DNA of 64,000 bases from Deltaproteobacteria bacterium (GTDB lineage Bacteria > Desulfobacterota_D > UBA1144 > Nemesobacterales > CSP1-2), in contig JBQTHB010000004.1 of the NCBI GenBank assembly GCA_052390235.1, positions 32,001-96,000 of the forward strand, given 5' to 3'. The translations under genes were made by a program, and so were the position numbers. Below are positions 8,460-18,503 of the stretch, one piece after another. Below the pieces are notes generated by a model. It did no database searches. It saw only the letters and a program-made list of their open reading frames with translations, and was not told the DNA's origin. Numbering within the stretch: position 1 is the first letter of the stretch; each line of letters opens with the position of its first letter.

Positions 8460-9713
8460 ATGGCAACGAAATCCGCCGTTCTCGTCCTCTGCTTTATCCT
8501 TGCCGCCGCCGAGGGAATCTCTCCTGTTTTCGGGGCAGAGGATAATTTGCGGAGGGAATACGAAATTGACCAATTAATTGAATTAGCTCTTAAAAATAAC
8601 CCGTCTGTGCCGTCCGCCATCTCGAATATTGAAATTGCAATGGCGCATCTTCAGGCGGCGCGGGCGTATCCGAATCCCGACATCGGTATCACTTTGTCCG
8701 CAGGCGAATCGAGGGGCGAAGACGACTCAAAAACCGAATACAGCATCTCGTCGAGGCAAATCGTTGAATTCCCCCTGAAGCGTCTGTACAGGGGAAAAGC
8801 CGCCGAGGCGGGAGTAAGGGTTGCCGAATTTCAGGCAGACGCCGCAAAAGCGGAGCTTGTTTATACCGTCAAGCGGATTTACTACTCGATTTTGCTAGCC
8901 CAAAAAGATGCCGAAGCGGCGGCAGAGAGCTTGGACGCCGCAAAAACAGTTTTTGACATCGCCTGGCGCAGAGCCGAACTTGGCGAATCCACCGAACTCG
9001 ATTTCGTCAAATCGAAAATCGAGAGGGTAGGGGCTGAAAGGGAGCTAATCCGCGCCCAAACGAATTTAAACGCGCTAAAAGCGATATTGAACAGACTTCT
9101 CGGAGATTCTCTGGGAGGCGGGGGCTATGAGGTTGCCGGGGAGCTTGCGCCTCCATCCGCAATCATAGGCTTGGATAAAATAGCCGCCGATGCAACGGCT
9201 TCCAATTCTGAATTGAAAGCCCGGCAAACCGAGGTGAGCCGCGCCGGATTTGCCCTCTCGGAGCAGAAAATTTCAATAGTTCCCGACATCTCTGTTGAGG
9301 GCTTCTACAACGAGGAGATTGATAAAACCTCCTTCGGGGGCGGAATCGGCATAACAGTCCCGATTTGGAATCGCAATCAAGGCGGAATTGCCGGCGCGAG
9401 GGCTGAAGAGCGCAGGGCATTACTCCAGGCGGGTCTCTTTAGAATCGAGATTTTAAACGCCATTGAAGATGAATACAAAAACTATAAAATCGCCTTCGAG
9501 CAATCAAAGCTATTTACCAGCGAACTGCTGGAGAGGGCAAAGGGCTCGCTTGAAATAACGCGCTTGAGCTACGAGCAGGGCGAAATAGGGCTTTTGGACG
9601 TCCTTGATACCCTAAGAACTTATCGCGCGGTACGCTCGGAATATTACCGAATTCTCTTTGAGTTCTATGTGTCGCAAATCGCATTGGAAAAAATCGCAGG
9701 AGGGAAAATATGA
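8460..9713 (+). CDS. czcC: TolC-family outer-membrane efflux protein (CzcC-like)
   Basis: GAGGAGG SD, signal peptide, ARAYPNP, PIWNRNQG and YEQGEIGLLDVLD motifs; operon context. Confidence 0.85.
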   Translation: MATKSAVLVLCFILAAAEGISPVFGAEDNLRREYEIDQLIELALKNNPSVPSAISNIEIAMAHLQAARAYPNPDIGITLSAGESRGEDDSKTEYSISSRQIVEFPLKRLYRGKAAEAGVRVAEFQADAAKAELVYTVKRIYYSILLAQKDAEAAAESLDAAKTVFDIAWRRAELGESTELDFVKSKIERVGAERELIRAQTNLNALKAILNRLLGDSLGGGGYEVAGELAPPSAIIGLDKIAADATASNSELKARQTEVSRAGFALSEQKISIVPDISVEGFYNEEIDKTSFGGGIGITVPIWNRNQGGIAGARAEERRALLQAGLFRIEILNAIEDEYKNYKIAFEQSKLFTSELLERAKGSLEITRLSYEQGEIGLLDVLDTLRTYRAVRSEYYRILFEFYVSQIALEKIAGGKI

Positions 9714-10933
9714 GGTCGACAAATTCGCCATTGAAATCAAATATAAAAATAACTCTCTTCGGCGCGTCGGTTCTAGCGCTTGTGATTGTTTTAATTTCGT
9801 GCGGCGGCGGGGAGACGGCGCGAAACGACAGAGAGATGCAGGACGAAGAGCAGATGCACGGAGAACATGAGGGAGAAGCGCCCGGCATGGTCAACCTCAG
9901 CCCGGAATCCCTGAAGACGGCGAACATTGAAGTTGAGGAGGCTTCTTTAAAGCTTCTAAACGATATTTTGCAGGTTACCGGAAAGGTCTATTTCAATGAA
10001 AATAAACTTGCCCACATTGGCTCCCGTGTTGCCGGAAGAATCCTTCAACTCAGGGCTAATTTAGGCGATAGGGTCGAAGAAGGGGCGATACTTGCCGTGA
10101 TAGACAGCATAGAGCTAGGAGAGGCTGAGTCGCGCTATCTTAGGTTAAGGGCGAATCTCGATGCCCAAGAAAAGTCTCTTGAGAGGGCGAGGACACTGCT
10201 CGATGGCAAGGCAATACCCCTCGGCGAGTTTCAAAGGCGCGAGGCGGAGTACATATCTGTAAGAGCCGAGTTTAGAGCCGCTGAGGACAGGCTTGGGCTT
10301 CTAGGCGTGAGCAAAGGGGAGATATTAAAGAGCGGGGCGGTGAACTCCAAATACTCCGTAAGAGCGCCTTTTGCAGGAACAATTGTCGAACGGCAAGCGA
10401 CTATCGGCGAGATCATAGAGCCTGCGGCAAATCTATTCATGCTTGCGGATCTCTCAGCGCTCTGGGTCATAGCGGACATCTCCGAAAGAGACATCTCTCT
10501 GATTCAGACGGGACTTGCTGTGGAGATAATGGTTTCTGCGTATCCAAATGATCTGTTTAAAGGCGTGATTACATACATAGGGGATATGCTCGATTCTTCA
10601 ACTCGTACGGTGAAGATTAGGACGGAAGTGGACAATTCTGTGGGAAAACTCAAGCCCGAAATGTTTGCATCGGTGAACATTTTGACTGAAGGAGAAGAGA
10701 ACGTCCTTGCAATACCTGAATCCGCCCTGCAGAGGGACGGCGAGGATACCTTCGTGTTTATCGCAAAAGGCGAATACGCCTTTGAGAAGAGGGTAGTAGC
10801 CGTCGGCCCTGCGGTGAGAGGCTTCCATCGAGTCATATCCGGGATTGAACCTGGGGAAGGGGTGGTTACAGGCGGGGCTTTCATCCTTAAGTCGGAGTTG
10901 CAGAAAGGGGAGTTGGACGGACACGGGCATTAA
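9710..10933 (+). CDS. czcB: RND periplasmic adaptor (CzcB/CusB-like)
   Basis: Lipoprotein-like N-terminus, LGDRVEEG, RAPFAG, TRTVKIR, LKPEMF motifs and His-containing tail GHGH. Confidence 0.88.
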   Translation: MRSTNSPLKSNIKITLFGASVLALVIVLISCGGGETARNDREMQDEEQMHGEHEGEAPGMVNLSPESLKTANIEVEEASLKLLNDILQVTGKVYFNENKLAHIGSRVAGRILQLRANLGDRVEEGAILAVIDSIELGEAESRYLRLRANLDAQEKSLERARTLLDGKAIPLGEFQRREAEYISVRAEFRAAEDRLGLLGVSKGEILKSGAVNSKYSVRAPFAGTIVERQATIGEIIEPAANLFMLADLSALWVIADISERDISLIQTGLAVEIMVSAYPNDLFKGVITYIGDMLDSSTRTVKIRTEVDNSVGKLKPEMFASVNILTEGEENVLAIPESALQRDGEDTFVFIAKGEYAFEKRVVAVGPAVRGFHRVISGIEPGEGVVTGGAFILKSELQKGELDGHGH

Positions 10934-10963
10934 TCGGGTTTATTCACATTGGAGGCTAATTAA

Positions 10964-13900
10964 ATGATTGACAGACTGATTTCATCCGCCTTGGAGCAGA
11001 GGCTTCTCGTCATGGTAGGAGTGGTGTTTATGGCGGCTTTAGGCTTTTATGCTTATATCAATATTCCGATTGACGCTTTCCCGGATATAACCAACACTCA
11101 GGTTCAGATACTCAGCACCGCGCCGGGTCGCTCTCCGGTAGAGGTAGAGAGATTTGTAACATACCCGATAGAGGCGCAGATGACAGGGCTTCCGGGTCTT
11201 GTCGAGCTAAGGTCTATATCAAAATTCGGACTCTCCGTAATCACGGTGGTTTTCGAGGACGGAGTGGATATTTACTTTGCGAGGCAGCTCATCTTGGAAA
11301 GGCTCGCGGCGGCAAAAGAGAAGTTGCCGCAAGGGGTGGAAGCTTTGCTTGCCCCCGTTTCAACAGGACTCGGGGAGATATATCAATACACTTTGGAGAA
11401 ACCCGGAGAGCCGAGGCTTACGGAGGATGAACTCAGAGACTTAAGAACCCTTCAGGATTGGGCGCTGAGGCCAATTTTAAGGACCATACCAGGGGTCGCG
11501 GATATAAATTCATTCGGAGGATTTGTAAAACAGTACGAGGTGATTGTGCAGCCTCAGAAATTAATAAAATACGGCGTTTCTCTGGGCGATGTGTTCGACG
11601 CCGTATCCGAGAACAACTCCAACGCCGGGGGCGGTGTAATTGAGAGCTCCTCGGAGCAGTACATTGTCAGAGGGGTAGGTCTCATAGAGGACGCAAGGGA
11701 TATAGAAGACATCGTGGTAAAAGAATATCAAGGAACGCCCGTCTTTATTAAAGACGTTGCCGATGTAGCTTTAGGGCATGAGACAAGACAGGGCGCGCTG
11801 GTAAAGGACGGCAGAGGTGAGGCGGTCGGCGGTATTGTGATGATGGTAAGCGGCGGAAACGGCAGAGAGATAGTTTCTGCGGTGAAAGCGAAGATAGAAG
11901 AAATAAACAACAGCGGCACACTTAAAGAGATCAAAATAAAACCTTTCTACGACAGGACCGAGCTAGTTGAAAAAAGCGTCGCTACGGTTACAAACGCCTT
12001 AAAAGAGGGAGCCGTTCTGATAGTCATAATTCTCTACCTGTTTTTGAGAAGCATCAGAGGGGCGGTGGTAGTGGTTTTGACTCTGCCTCTTGCGGTGCTG
12101 GCGACACTTATCGTGATGTGGAGGGCGGGGCTTTCGGCTAACCTTATGTCTCTCGGAGGGCTTGCTATATCGCTCGGCATGATTATAGACGCCGCAATTA
12201 TTCAGGTGGAAAATGCGCAGAGACACCTCTCCAAGTCGGGGACAAAACCAAAGACAAGCGCGGTACTTCAGGCGGTTTTAGAAGTCAGAAAGCCGAGCCT
12301 CTTTGGAGAATTGATAATCGCCGTAACGTTTCTTCCCATTATAACCCTTGAGGGAATAGAAGGAAAGCTGTTCAGCCCTCTTGCCTACACCGTAGTAATC
12401 GCTTTGCTTTCATCGCTCGTTCTCTCCATATTCGTCGTACCTGTACTCTGCTCTATCTTTTTGAAGTCTGAGAGGGAGAAGGAAAGCCCGCTGGTACGCT
12501 GGGCCAATAAGCCGTACTTACCCGCCCTCAAGTGGGCGATCAGGCGTCCGAAGGCGGTTATATCTGCCGCCGTAATATTGTTGGCCGGAAGTATCGCACT
12601 GTTCCCGTTCCTCGGCACGGAATTTATCCCAACCCTTGAGGAAGGGACGCTCTCCCCGCAAATAATCAGACTGCCTAGCATCTCCCTTACCGAATCAATC
12701 GAGATGGAAAAAACGGTTCAACAGAGGCTAAGGAGAATACCTGAGGTAGAAACCGTCGTATCGAGGATCGGGACGGCGGAGATAGCCACAGACCCTATGG
12801 GGCCGAACCTGAGCGATCCCATAGTTACCATTAAACCGAAAGACGAGTGGAAAGAAGCGGAGACTATGGACGACATCAGAAATAAGATAAGAGAAGAGCT
12901 TGAGTCCGTACCCGGCATAAACGTCAATTTAACTCAGCCGATTGCGCTGAGGTTCGACGAGCTTATCTCCGGGGTTAGGTCTCAAATTGGAATAAAAATC
13001 TTTGGAGACGACATGGACATTCTCAAAAAAAAGGCGGATGAAATCGCAATGGTGATGTCAACCGTCGAGGGCGTCAGGGATTTGAGGGTGGAACAGATTG
13101 TCGGTCAGCCTTACTTGACTGTGAATATTGACAGAAGAAAGATCGCCAGATACGGCATCAACGTTTCCGACGTGCAGGAGATTATAGAGACCGCCATCGG
13201 CGGGAAGGTCGCTACCGAGGTTTTTGAAGGGGATAGGAGTTTCGGCGTTCTTGTGAGATTCCCTGAAGAAAATAGAAATAGCGTTGAGACCATAAGCGGC
13301 ATGTTCGTGAAGGCGGCAAACGGCGCTTCCATACCTCTTGCGTCTCTTGCAAATATTTCCGTTTCGGAAGGACCCGTTCAGGTGAGCAGGGAGAACTCAA
13401 AGAGGAGAATAGTCGTCGAAGCCAATGTAGAGGGCAGAGACATCGGCGGTTTCGTTGCCGAGGGGCAGAGCAAAATACAGGCTCAGGTGGATTTACCTTT
13501 GGGCTACTACATCACTTGGGGGGGGCAGTTCGAGAACCAGCAGAGGGCGATGAAGAGATTATTTATCGTAGCGCCGCTCACGATAGCCCTCATTTTTTTC
13601 TTACTGTTCACCACTTTTAACTCTCTGAAATACGCCGCCCTGATAATATTTAACCTCTGCTTCGCCGCCATTGGAGGAATTTTTGGCCTCTGGATTTCAG
13701 GGCAGTACCTATCAGTTCCAGCCTCGGTCGGCTTCATCGCCCTGTTCGGGGTGTCGGTCTTAAACGGGGTTGTGCTTGTCTCCTACATTAACAATTTGCG
13801 CGAAGAGGGGATGGCGCTTGAGGAAGCCATCGTAATTGGCTCTGAGAGGAGGCTAAAACCCATTCTCATGACCGCCTTTGTCGCCATTTTGGGCTTGATT

Positions 13901-14053
13901 CCCCTCCTCTTTGCCGATGGTCCCGGTTCTGAGGTGCAAAAACCGCTCGCCACAGTCGTCGTCGGAGGACTTATCTCTTCCACAATTTTAACCTTGATTG
14001 TTCTCCCGACCCTGTACGGATGGGTTGAGGCGAGGTATCGAGCAACAGCATAA
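10964..14053 (+). CDS. czcA: Heavy-metal efflux RND permease (CzcA-like, divalent-cation type)
   Basis: PIDAFPDIT, GLGEIYQY, ANLMSLGG, ATDPM, QPI..RFDELISG and EVQKPLATVVVGG motifs; 1029 aa. Confidence 0.93.
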   Translation: MIDRLISSALEQRLLVMVGVVFMAALGFYAYINIPIDAFPDITNTQVQILSTAPGRSPVEVERFVTYPIEAQMTGLPGLVELRSISKFGLSVITVVFEDGVDIYFARQLILERLAAAKEKLPQGVEALLAPVSTGLGEIYQYTLEKPGEPRLTEDELRDLRTLQDWALRPILRTIPGVADINSFGGFVKQYEVIVQPQKLIKYGVSLGDVFDAVSENNSNAGGGVIESSSEQYIVRGVGLIEDARDIEDIVVKEYQGTPVFIKDVADVALGHETRQGALVKDGRGEAVGGIVMMVSGGNGREIVSAVKAKIEEINNSGTLKEIKIKPFYDRTELVEKSVATVTNALKEGAVLIVIILYLFLRSIRGAVVVVLTLPLAVLATLIVMWRAGLSANLMSLGGLAISLGMIIDAAIIQVENAQRHLSKSGTKPKTSAVLQAVLEVRKPSLFGELIIAVTFLPIITLEGIEGKLFSPLAYTVVIALLSSLVLSIFVVPVLCSIFLKSEREKESPLVRWANKPYLPALKWAIRRPKAVISAAVILLAGSIALFPFLGTEFIPTLEEGTLSPQIIRLPSISLTESIEMEKTVQQRLRRIPEVETVVSRIGTAEIATDPMGPNLSDPIVTIKPKDEWKEAETMDDIRNKIREELESVPGINVNLTQPIALRFDELISGVRSQIGIKIFGDDMDILKKKADEIAMVMSTVEGVRDLRVEQIVGQPYLTVNIDRRKIARYGINVSDVQEIIETAIGGKVATEVFEGDRSFGVLVRFPEENRNSVETISGMFVKAANGASIPLASLANISVSEGPVQVSRENSKRRIVVEANVEGRDIGGFVAEGQSKIQAQVDLPLGYYITWGGQFENQQRAMKRLFIVAPLTIALIFFLLFTTFNSLKYAALIIFNLCFAAIGGIFGLWISGQYLSVPASVGFIALFGVSVLNGVVLVSYINNLREEGMALEEAIVIGSERRLKPILMTAFVAILGLIPLLFADGPGSEVQKPLATVVVGGLISSTILTLIVLPTLYGWVEARYRATA

Positions 14054-14112
14054 TGAGTATTGGATTAGTGATTTTAAGCTGAGAACTCATGGAATCGCTA
14101 CTTGCCCAATTC

Positions 14113-14155
14113 TTGACACTGGATTGGGTAGCGTATATATTTTAGTGCAGACTAA
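14113..14155 (+). promoter_or_regulatory. Sigma70 promoter and DtxR/MntR-like operator of the tro operon
   Basis: TTGACA (14113)-N17-TATATT (14136), followed directly by TTAG-TGCAGA-CTAA (14142-14155). Confidence 0.65.
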
Positions 14156-14197
14156 TTTATATTTTAAGTTTATTAAATTTCAAATCAGGAGAAAAAA

Positions 14198-15178
14198 ATG
14201 TATAAAATCAAACACGCGCTGGGCTTATTGCTGGCGGTTCTGTTTTTAGCCGCCGCCTCATGCACATCTGAAAAAGCCGACAACGAGCCGGCCGCCGGCG
14301 GGAAGGAATCCCTGTCCTCAAGACCCATAAGGGTCGTAACCACAATTGCGCAAATTGCCGACGCCGCTCAGGTCATCGGGGGCAAGCGGGTTCAGGTTTC
14401 ATCCCTCATGGGCCCCGGCGTTGACCCGCACCTCTACAAGGCGAGCGCGGGAGACGTAACCCTGATGGCGCAGGCGGACGTGATTTTCTATAACGGTCTC
14501 CACCTCGAGGGCAAAATGGCTGAGGTATTCGAGCAGATGCAAAAGCGCGCTGTCAGAACCGTTGCCGTTGCCGACGCTGTCAGCCGTTCGTCCCTCCTGA
14601 GCCCGCCTGAATTCGAGGGGAATTACGACCCTCACATCTGGTTCGACGTGGCTCTTTGGATGAGCGCCGTCGAGAAGGTGCGGGACGAATTAATTCAGAT
14701 GGATGCTGAAAACGCGCAGACCTACAGGCAGAACGCCGAGGCTTATTTAGCGGAGCTCAAAGCGACTGATGAATATGTGAAAGCCCAAGCGGCGAGGCTG
14801 GATCCAAGCCGCAGGGCGCTTATCACCGCGCACGACGCATTTAACTATTTTGGACGGGCTTACGGTTTTGAGGTGAAGGGGCTTCAGGGCATCAGCACGG
14901 CTACAGAAGCCGGAGCGGGAGACGTTCAAAGACTTGCCGATTTTATCGTGGAGCGCGAGATTCCCGCCATCTTTGTGGAATCAACCGTGCCTCAGCGCTA
15001 TATCGAAGCCGTGCAGGCGGCGGTAAAGTCCAGAGGGTTTGAGGTCAAAATCGGCGGCTCGCTTTTCTCGGACGCCATGGGGAATCCCGGAACCCCTGAG
15101 GGAACTTACATCGGAATGGTGCGTCATAATATCAACACGATAGTCAGCGCTCTGAGCCAATTAAAGGATCCGTCATGA
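14198..15178 (+). CDS. troA: Mn/Zn/Fe ABC substrate-binding lipoprotein (TroA/MntA)
   Basis: Lipobox [25 protein letters not shown] and SDA metal-ligand motifs. Confidence 0.92.
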   Translation: MYKIKHALGLLLAVLFLAAASCTSEKADNEPAAGGKESLSSRPIRVVTTIAQIADAAQVIGGKRVQVSSLMGPGVDPHLYKASAGDVTLMAQADVIFYNGLHLEGKMAEVFEQMQKRAVRTVAVADAVSRSSLLSPPEFEGNYDPHIWFDVALWMSAVEKVRDELIQMDAENAQTYRQNAEAYLAELKATDEYVKAQAARLDPSRRALITAHDAFNYFGRAYGFEVKGLQGISTATEAGAGDVQRLADFIVEREIPAIFVESTVPQRYIEAVQAAVKSRGFEVKIGGSLFSDAMGNPGTPEGTYIGMVRHNINTIVSALSQLKDPS

Positions 15179-16002
15179 CACCGGTGCTGAAGATGAAAAA
15201 AAGGCAGGACACTTCGACTCATTCTGCGATAGAAGTTTCTGACCTGACCGTCGCCTACAGGGAAAAGCCCGTGCTTTGGGACGTTGACCTCACCGTCTCC
15301 GCCGGGGTGCTGATGGCTATCGTAGGGCCCAACGGCGCGGGAAAAACCACGTTAATCAAAGCCGTGCTGGGACTGGTTCGCCCATCAGCGGGGCAAATGC
15401 TCATCTACGGCAGACCCTACGCCGAGAGCCGCCGCCTCGTTGCCTACGTCCCTCAGCGCGGGAGCGTGGACTGGGATTTCCCTACGAGCGTTCTCGATGT
15501 GGTCATGATGGGGCGCTATGGCTCACTCGGATGGATTCGCCGCCCCGGCGGCGGGGAGCGCAAAGCCGCCCTGGAAGCCCTCGAAAAGGTCGGGATGTCG
15601 CCCTATGCCCAGAGACAGATAAACCAGCTCTCCGGCGGACAGCAGCAGCGCGTGTTTCTCGCCCGCGCCCTTGCCCAAGACGCTCAGGTTTATTTTATGG
15701 ACGAGCCTTTCCAGGGCGTTGATGCCACAACTGAAAAGGCAATAGTCGCCCTCTTGCAAGAGCTCAGAGAGGCTGGCAGGACTGTGGTCGTCGTTCATCA
15801 CGATTTGCAGACCGTGCCTGAATACTTCGACTCTGTGATGCTTCTCAATGTGCGCTGTATTGCGAGCGGCCCTGTGAGCGAGGTTTTTACCGAGCAGAAT
15901 CTGAGGCTCACCTACGGCGGCAGAGTCGCTTTCCTCAAACACGGCGGCATCACAGAAGCCCCGGGGACAAAATCCACGGGCGAGACCGCTGGGAGAGTAT
16001 AG
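15175..16002 (+). CDS. troB: Metal ABC transporter ATPase (TroB/MntB)
   Basis: [28 protein letters not shown] and VHHDL motifs. Confidence 0.92.
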   Translation: MTPVLKMKKRQDTSTHSAIEVSDLTVAYREKPVLWDVDLTVSAGVLMAIVGPNGAGKTTLIKAVLGLVRPSAGQMLIYGRPYAESRRLVAYVPQRGSVDWDFPTSVLDVVMMGRYGSLGWIRRPGGGERKAALEALEKVGMSPYAQRQINQLSGGQQQRVFLARALAQDAQVYFMDEPFQGVDATTEKAIVALLQELREAGRTVVVVHHDLQTVPEYFDSVMLLNVRCIASGPVSEVFTEQNLRLTYGGRVAFLKHGGITEAPGTKSTGETAGRV

Positions 16003-16006
16003 TAAG

Positions 16007-17137
16007 TTGGATTTGCTTCGAGACCTCTTCTTTGATTACACCCTCCGCACTGTAGCTCTAGGGTCTGCTACTCTGGGCATAGTGAGCGGGGCGCTTGGGA
16101 CATTTGCCGTGCTTAGGAAGCAGAGCCTCCTCGGAGATGCGATGTCTCACGCCGCTCTGCCCGGAATTGCCATAGCGTTTCTGCTGACCGGAAGCAAAGA
16201 GGTAATAGTATTGGTCGTCGGGGCGGCGGTCGCTGGGTGGATAGGCACTCTCCTCATCATGGGCGTTGTAGGCGCGACACGAGTGAAATACGACAGTGCC
16301 CTGGGAATTGTGCTTTCGGTGTTCTTCGGGTTTGGGCTTATGCTCCTTACTTTCATCCAAAAAATGCCGGATGCGAATCAAGCCGGTCTCAATAAATTTT
16401 TATTCGGGCAAGCGGCGACCCTCCTTGAGCGGGACGTGATAACAATGGCGATTATCGGCGCTGTGTCGCTCGCGTTGACAGCGGCGTTTTGGAAGGAGTT
16501 CAAGCTCCTGAGCTTCGACCCTGATTTCGGCTCAAGCCTAGGATTTCCGATGAGGGCTTTGGATATACTGCTGACTACGCTGCTGGTCGTCGCCATAGTC
16601 ATAGGATTGCAGACCGTCGGCGTAGTGCTGATGAGCGCGATGGTAGTTGCCCCTGCGGCGGCGGCGCGTCAGTGGACGGACAGGCTGGGGGTCATGATAG
16701 TCCTCTCTGCGCTCTTTGGGGCGCTCTCAGGCGTAACGGGGGCAATCATCAGCGCGTCAACCGACCATCTGCCTACGGGTCCCACGATAGTGCTTTGCGT
16801 GAGCTTGATTGTGCTTCTATCGCTTGTATTCGCGCCCAACCGAGGTATTGCCTGGAGGTGGATTCGAGACCGCCGAAATAGCCGTAAACTCCAGTCCGAA
16901 GCCGTACTCGAAGACCTATATTCGCTGGCAGTGCGGCATAAAAACCTAGAACACGCCCACTCGGTCTCTGTGCTACGGCTCATGAACCCGAACCCCGCCG
17001 GCGTCCAGAGGGGTCTTGCAGAGCTTGAAAAACGAGGGCTGACGAGAAAAACGGGCGCGGACTCTTGGGCGTTGACCCCGCTGGGGGCGTCCGAAGCCGG
17101 GCGGCTTGCAAAGACATTTACGGAGGCGGAGCAATAA
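16007..17137 (+). CDS. troC: Metal ABC permease (TroC) with C-terminal winged-helix-like tail
   Basis: DAMSHAALPG, LFG and KEFKL..FD motifs. The tail of about 90 aa ends GL...W.LTPLG..EA. Confidence 0.88.
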   Translation: MDLLRDLFFDYTLRTVALGSATLGIVSGALGTFAVLRKQSLLGDAMSHAALPGIAIAFLLTGSKEVIVLVVGAAVAGWIGTLLIMGVVGATRVKYDSALGIVLSVFFGFGLMLLTFIQKMPDANQAGLNKFLFGQAATLLERDVITMAIIGAVSLALTAAFWKEFKLLSFDPDFGSSLGFPMRALDILLTTLLVVAIVIGLQTVGVVLMSAMVVAPAAAARQWTDRLGVMIVLSALFGALSGVTGAIISASTDHLPTGPTIVLCVSLIVLLSLVFAPNRGIAWRWIRDRRNSRKLQSEAVLEDLYSLAVRHKNLEHAHSVSVLRLMNPNPAGVQRGLAELEKRGLTRKTGADSWALTPLGASEAGRLAKTFTEAEQ

Positions 17138-18243
17138 CATCTCAGCAGATAGAAATTCAGTTAATTGCCGCTATTGTAGCTGTGGCGTGCGCCCTTCCCG
17201 GCGCGTTCCTAGTGCTTCGGCGCATGGCAATGATGAGCGACGCCATAAGTCATACGATACTGCTCGGCATAGTGCTTGCCTTCTTCATTACGGAGGATCT
17301 CTCTTCTCCCCTGCTAATTGTTGCCGCAACGCTGACGGGCTTGATTACAGTTGCGCTGGTGGAACTGATAAACCGCACGAGGCTTCTGCGCGAGGACGCC
17401 GCCATCGGGTTGGTATTTCCGGCGCTTTTCAGCGTTGGGGTGATATTAATTTCAAAATACGCCGGAGATGTGCACCTCGACACGGACGCCGTGCTTCTGG
17501 GGGAGCTTGCCTTTGCCCCATTTGACAGGTTCGCGCTGTGGGGCGAAGACATAGGCCCAAAATCGCTCTATGTGATGGGGGCGATTCTGCTGCTGAATTT
17601 GGCGTTGATTCTGCTCTTCTACAAGGAACTCAAGCTCGCCACTTTCGATTCGGCTCTGGCGGCGGCTTTGGGATTTTCCCCCGCGCTCGTCCACTACGGG
17701 CTTATGGGGATGGTCTCGGTTACGGCTGTTGGCGCGTTTGATGCCGTGGGTTCGATACTCGTCGTCGCGCTGATGATAGCCCCTCCGGCATCGGCGTATC
17801 TACTGACCGACAGCCTATCGCGCATGATTCTCACGGGGGCGGCGGCCGGCGTGCTAAGCGCAATCTCAGGCTACTGGCTCGCTCACCTCTTGGATGCGAA
17901 CATCGCAGGCTCGATGGCGACTATGTCGGGGGCGCTGTTTCTTCTCGCCTTCTTTTTCTCGCCGCATAGGGGGATGCTCGCGGTTTTCCGCAGGCGCCGC
18001 GCTCAAAAGTGGGAGTTTGCCGAGAAGATGCTCGTCATTCACCTAGCCAATCATGAAGGAATGCCGGACGCCGAGCGAGAGTGCCGTATGGAACATCTCT
18101 ATGAACATCTGCGCTGGAAGCCGGAATTTGCCGGCAGAGTCGTGAAACGCGCCGAGCAAAACGGTCTAATCCTTAGGGGCGATGCGTATTTGCACCTCAC
18201 GGAAAACGGGCGAGAAGCCGCCAGCGCCGCCGCCGTGGCGTGA
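17134..18243 (+). CDS. troD: Metal ABC permease (TroD) with C-terminal winged-helix-like tail; probable ATA start
   Basis: DAISHTILLG, VHLDTDAVLLGE and YKELKLATFD motifs. GGAGG SD lies 7 nt before ATA at 17134 (ORF track start 17065). Confidence 0.85.
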   Translation: MTSQQIEIQLIAAIVAVACALPGAFLVLRRMAMMSDAISHTILLGIVLAFFITEDLSSPLLIVAATLTGLITVALVELINRTRLLREDAAIGLVFPALFSVGVILISKYAGDVHLDTDAVLLGELAFAPFDRFALWGEDIGPKSLYVMGAILLLNLALILLFYKELKLATFDSALAAALGFSPALVHYGLMGMVSVTAVGAFDAVGSILVVALMIAPPASAYLLTDSLSRMILTGAAAGVLSAISGYWLAHLLDANIAGSMATMSGALFLLAFFFSPHRGMLAVFRRRRAQKWEFAEKMLVIHLANHEGMPDAERECRMEHLYEHLRWKPEFAGRVVKRAEQNGLILRGDAYLHLTENGREAASAAAVA

Positions 18244-18503
18244 TTGTTTTACTACTTGCCTGTCATGCTCGAATGTTCCTATCTGGCATCCACTTCTAGC
18301 TGCAGCAACGGCCTGGGTTCGACGGTCTCGGTGTAAACTCCGCCGAGAAATCCTCAGAATATTTTCCCTGTTTCTGTCTTTTGTTATGACTCCTCTCTTC
18401 GAGATGCCTGCGATTTATGAGCCTCCCCGATAATAAGATTTGCAGACCGGCGGCGGCTGAGTAATTATTAACTCCAAAATCCACTGGATTTCGAGGAGGA
18501 ATC

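Noticed and set aside
18244..18503. Possible gene remnant or short ORFs between troD and the dioxygenase
   Set aside because: The frames are interrupted or overlap real genes, and I see no recognisable motif.
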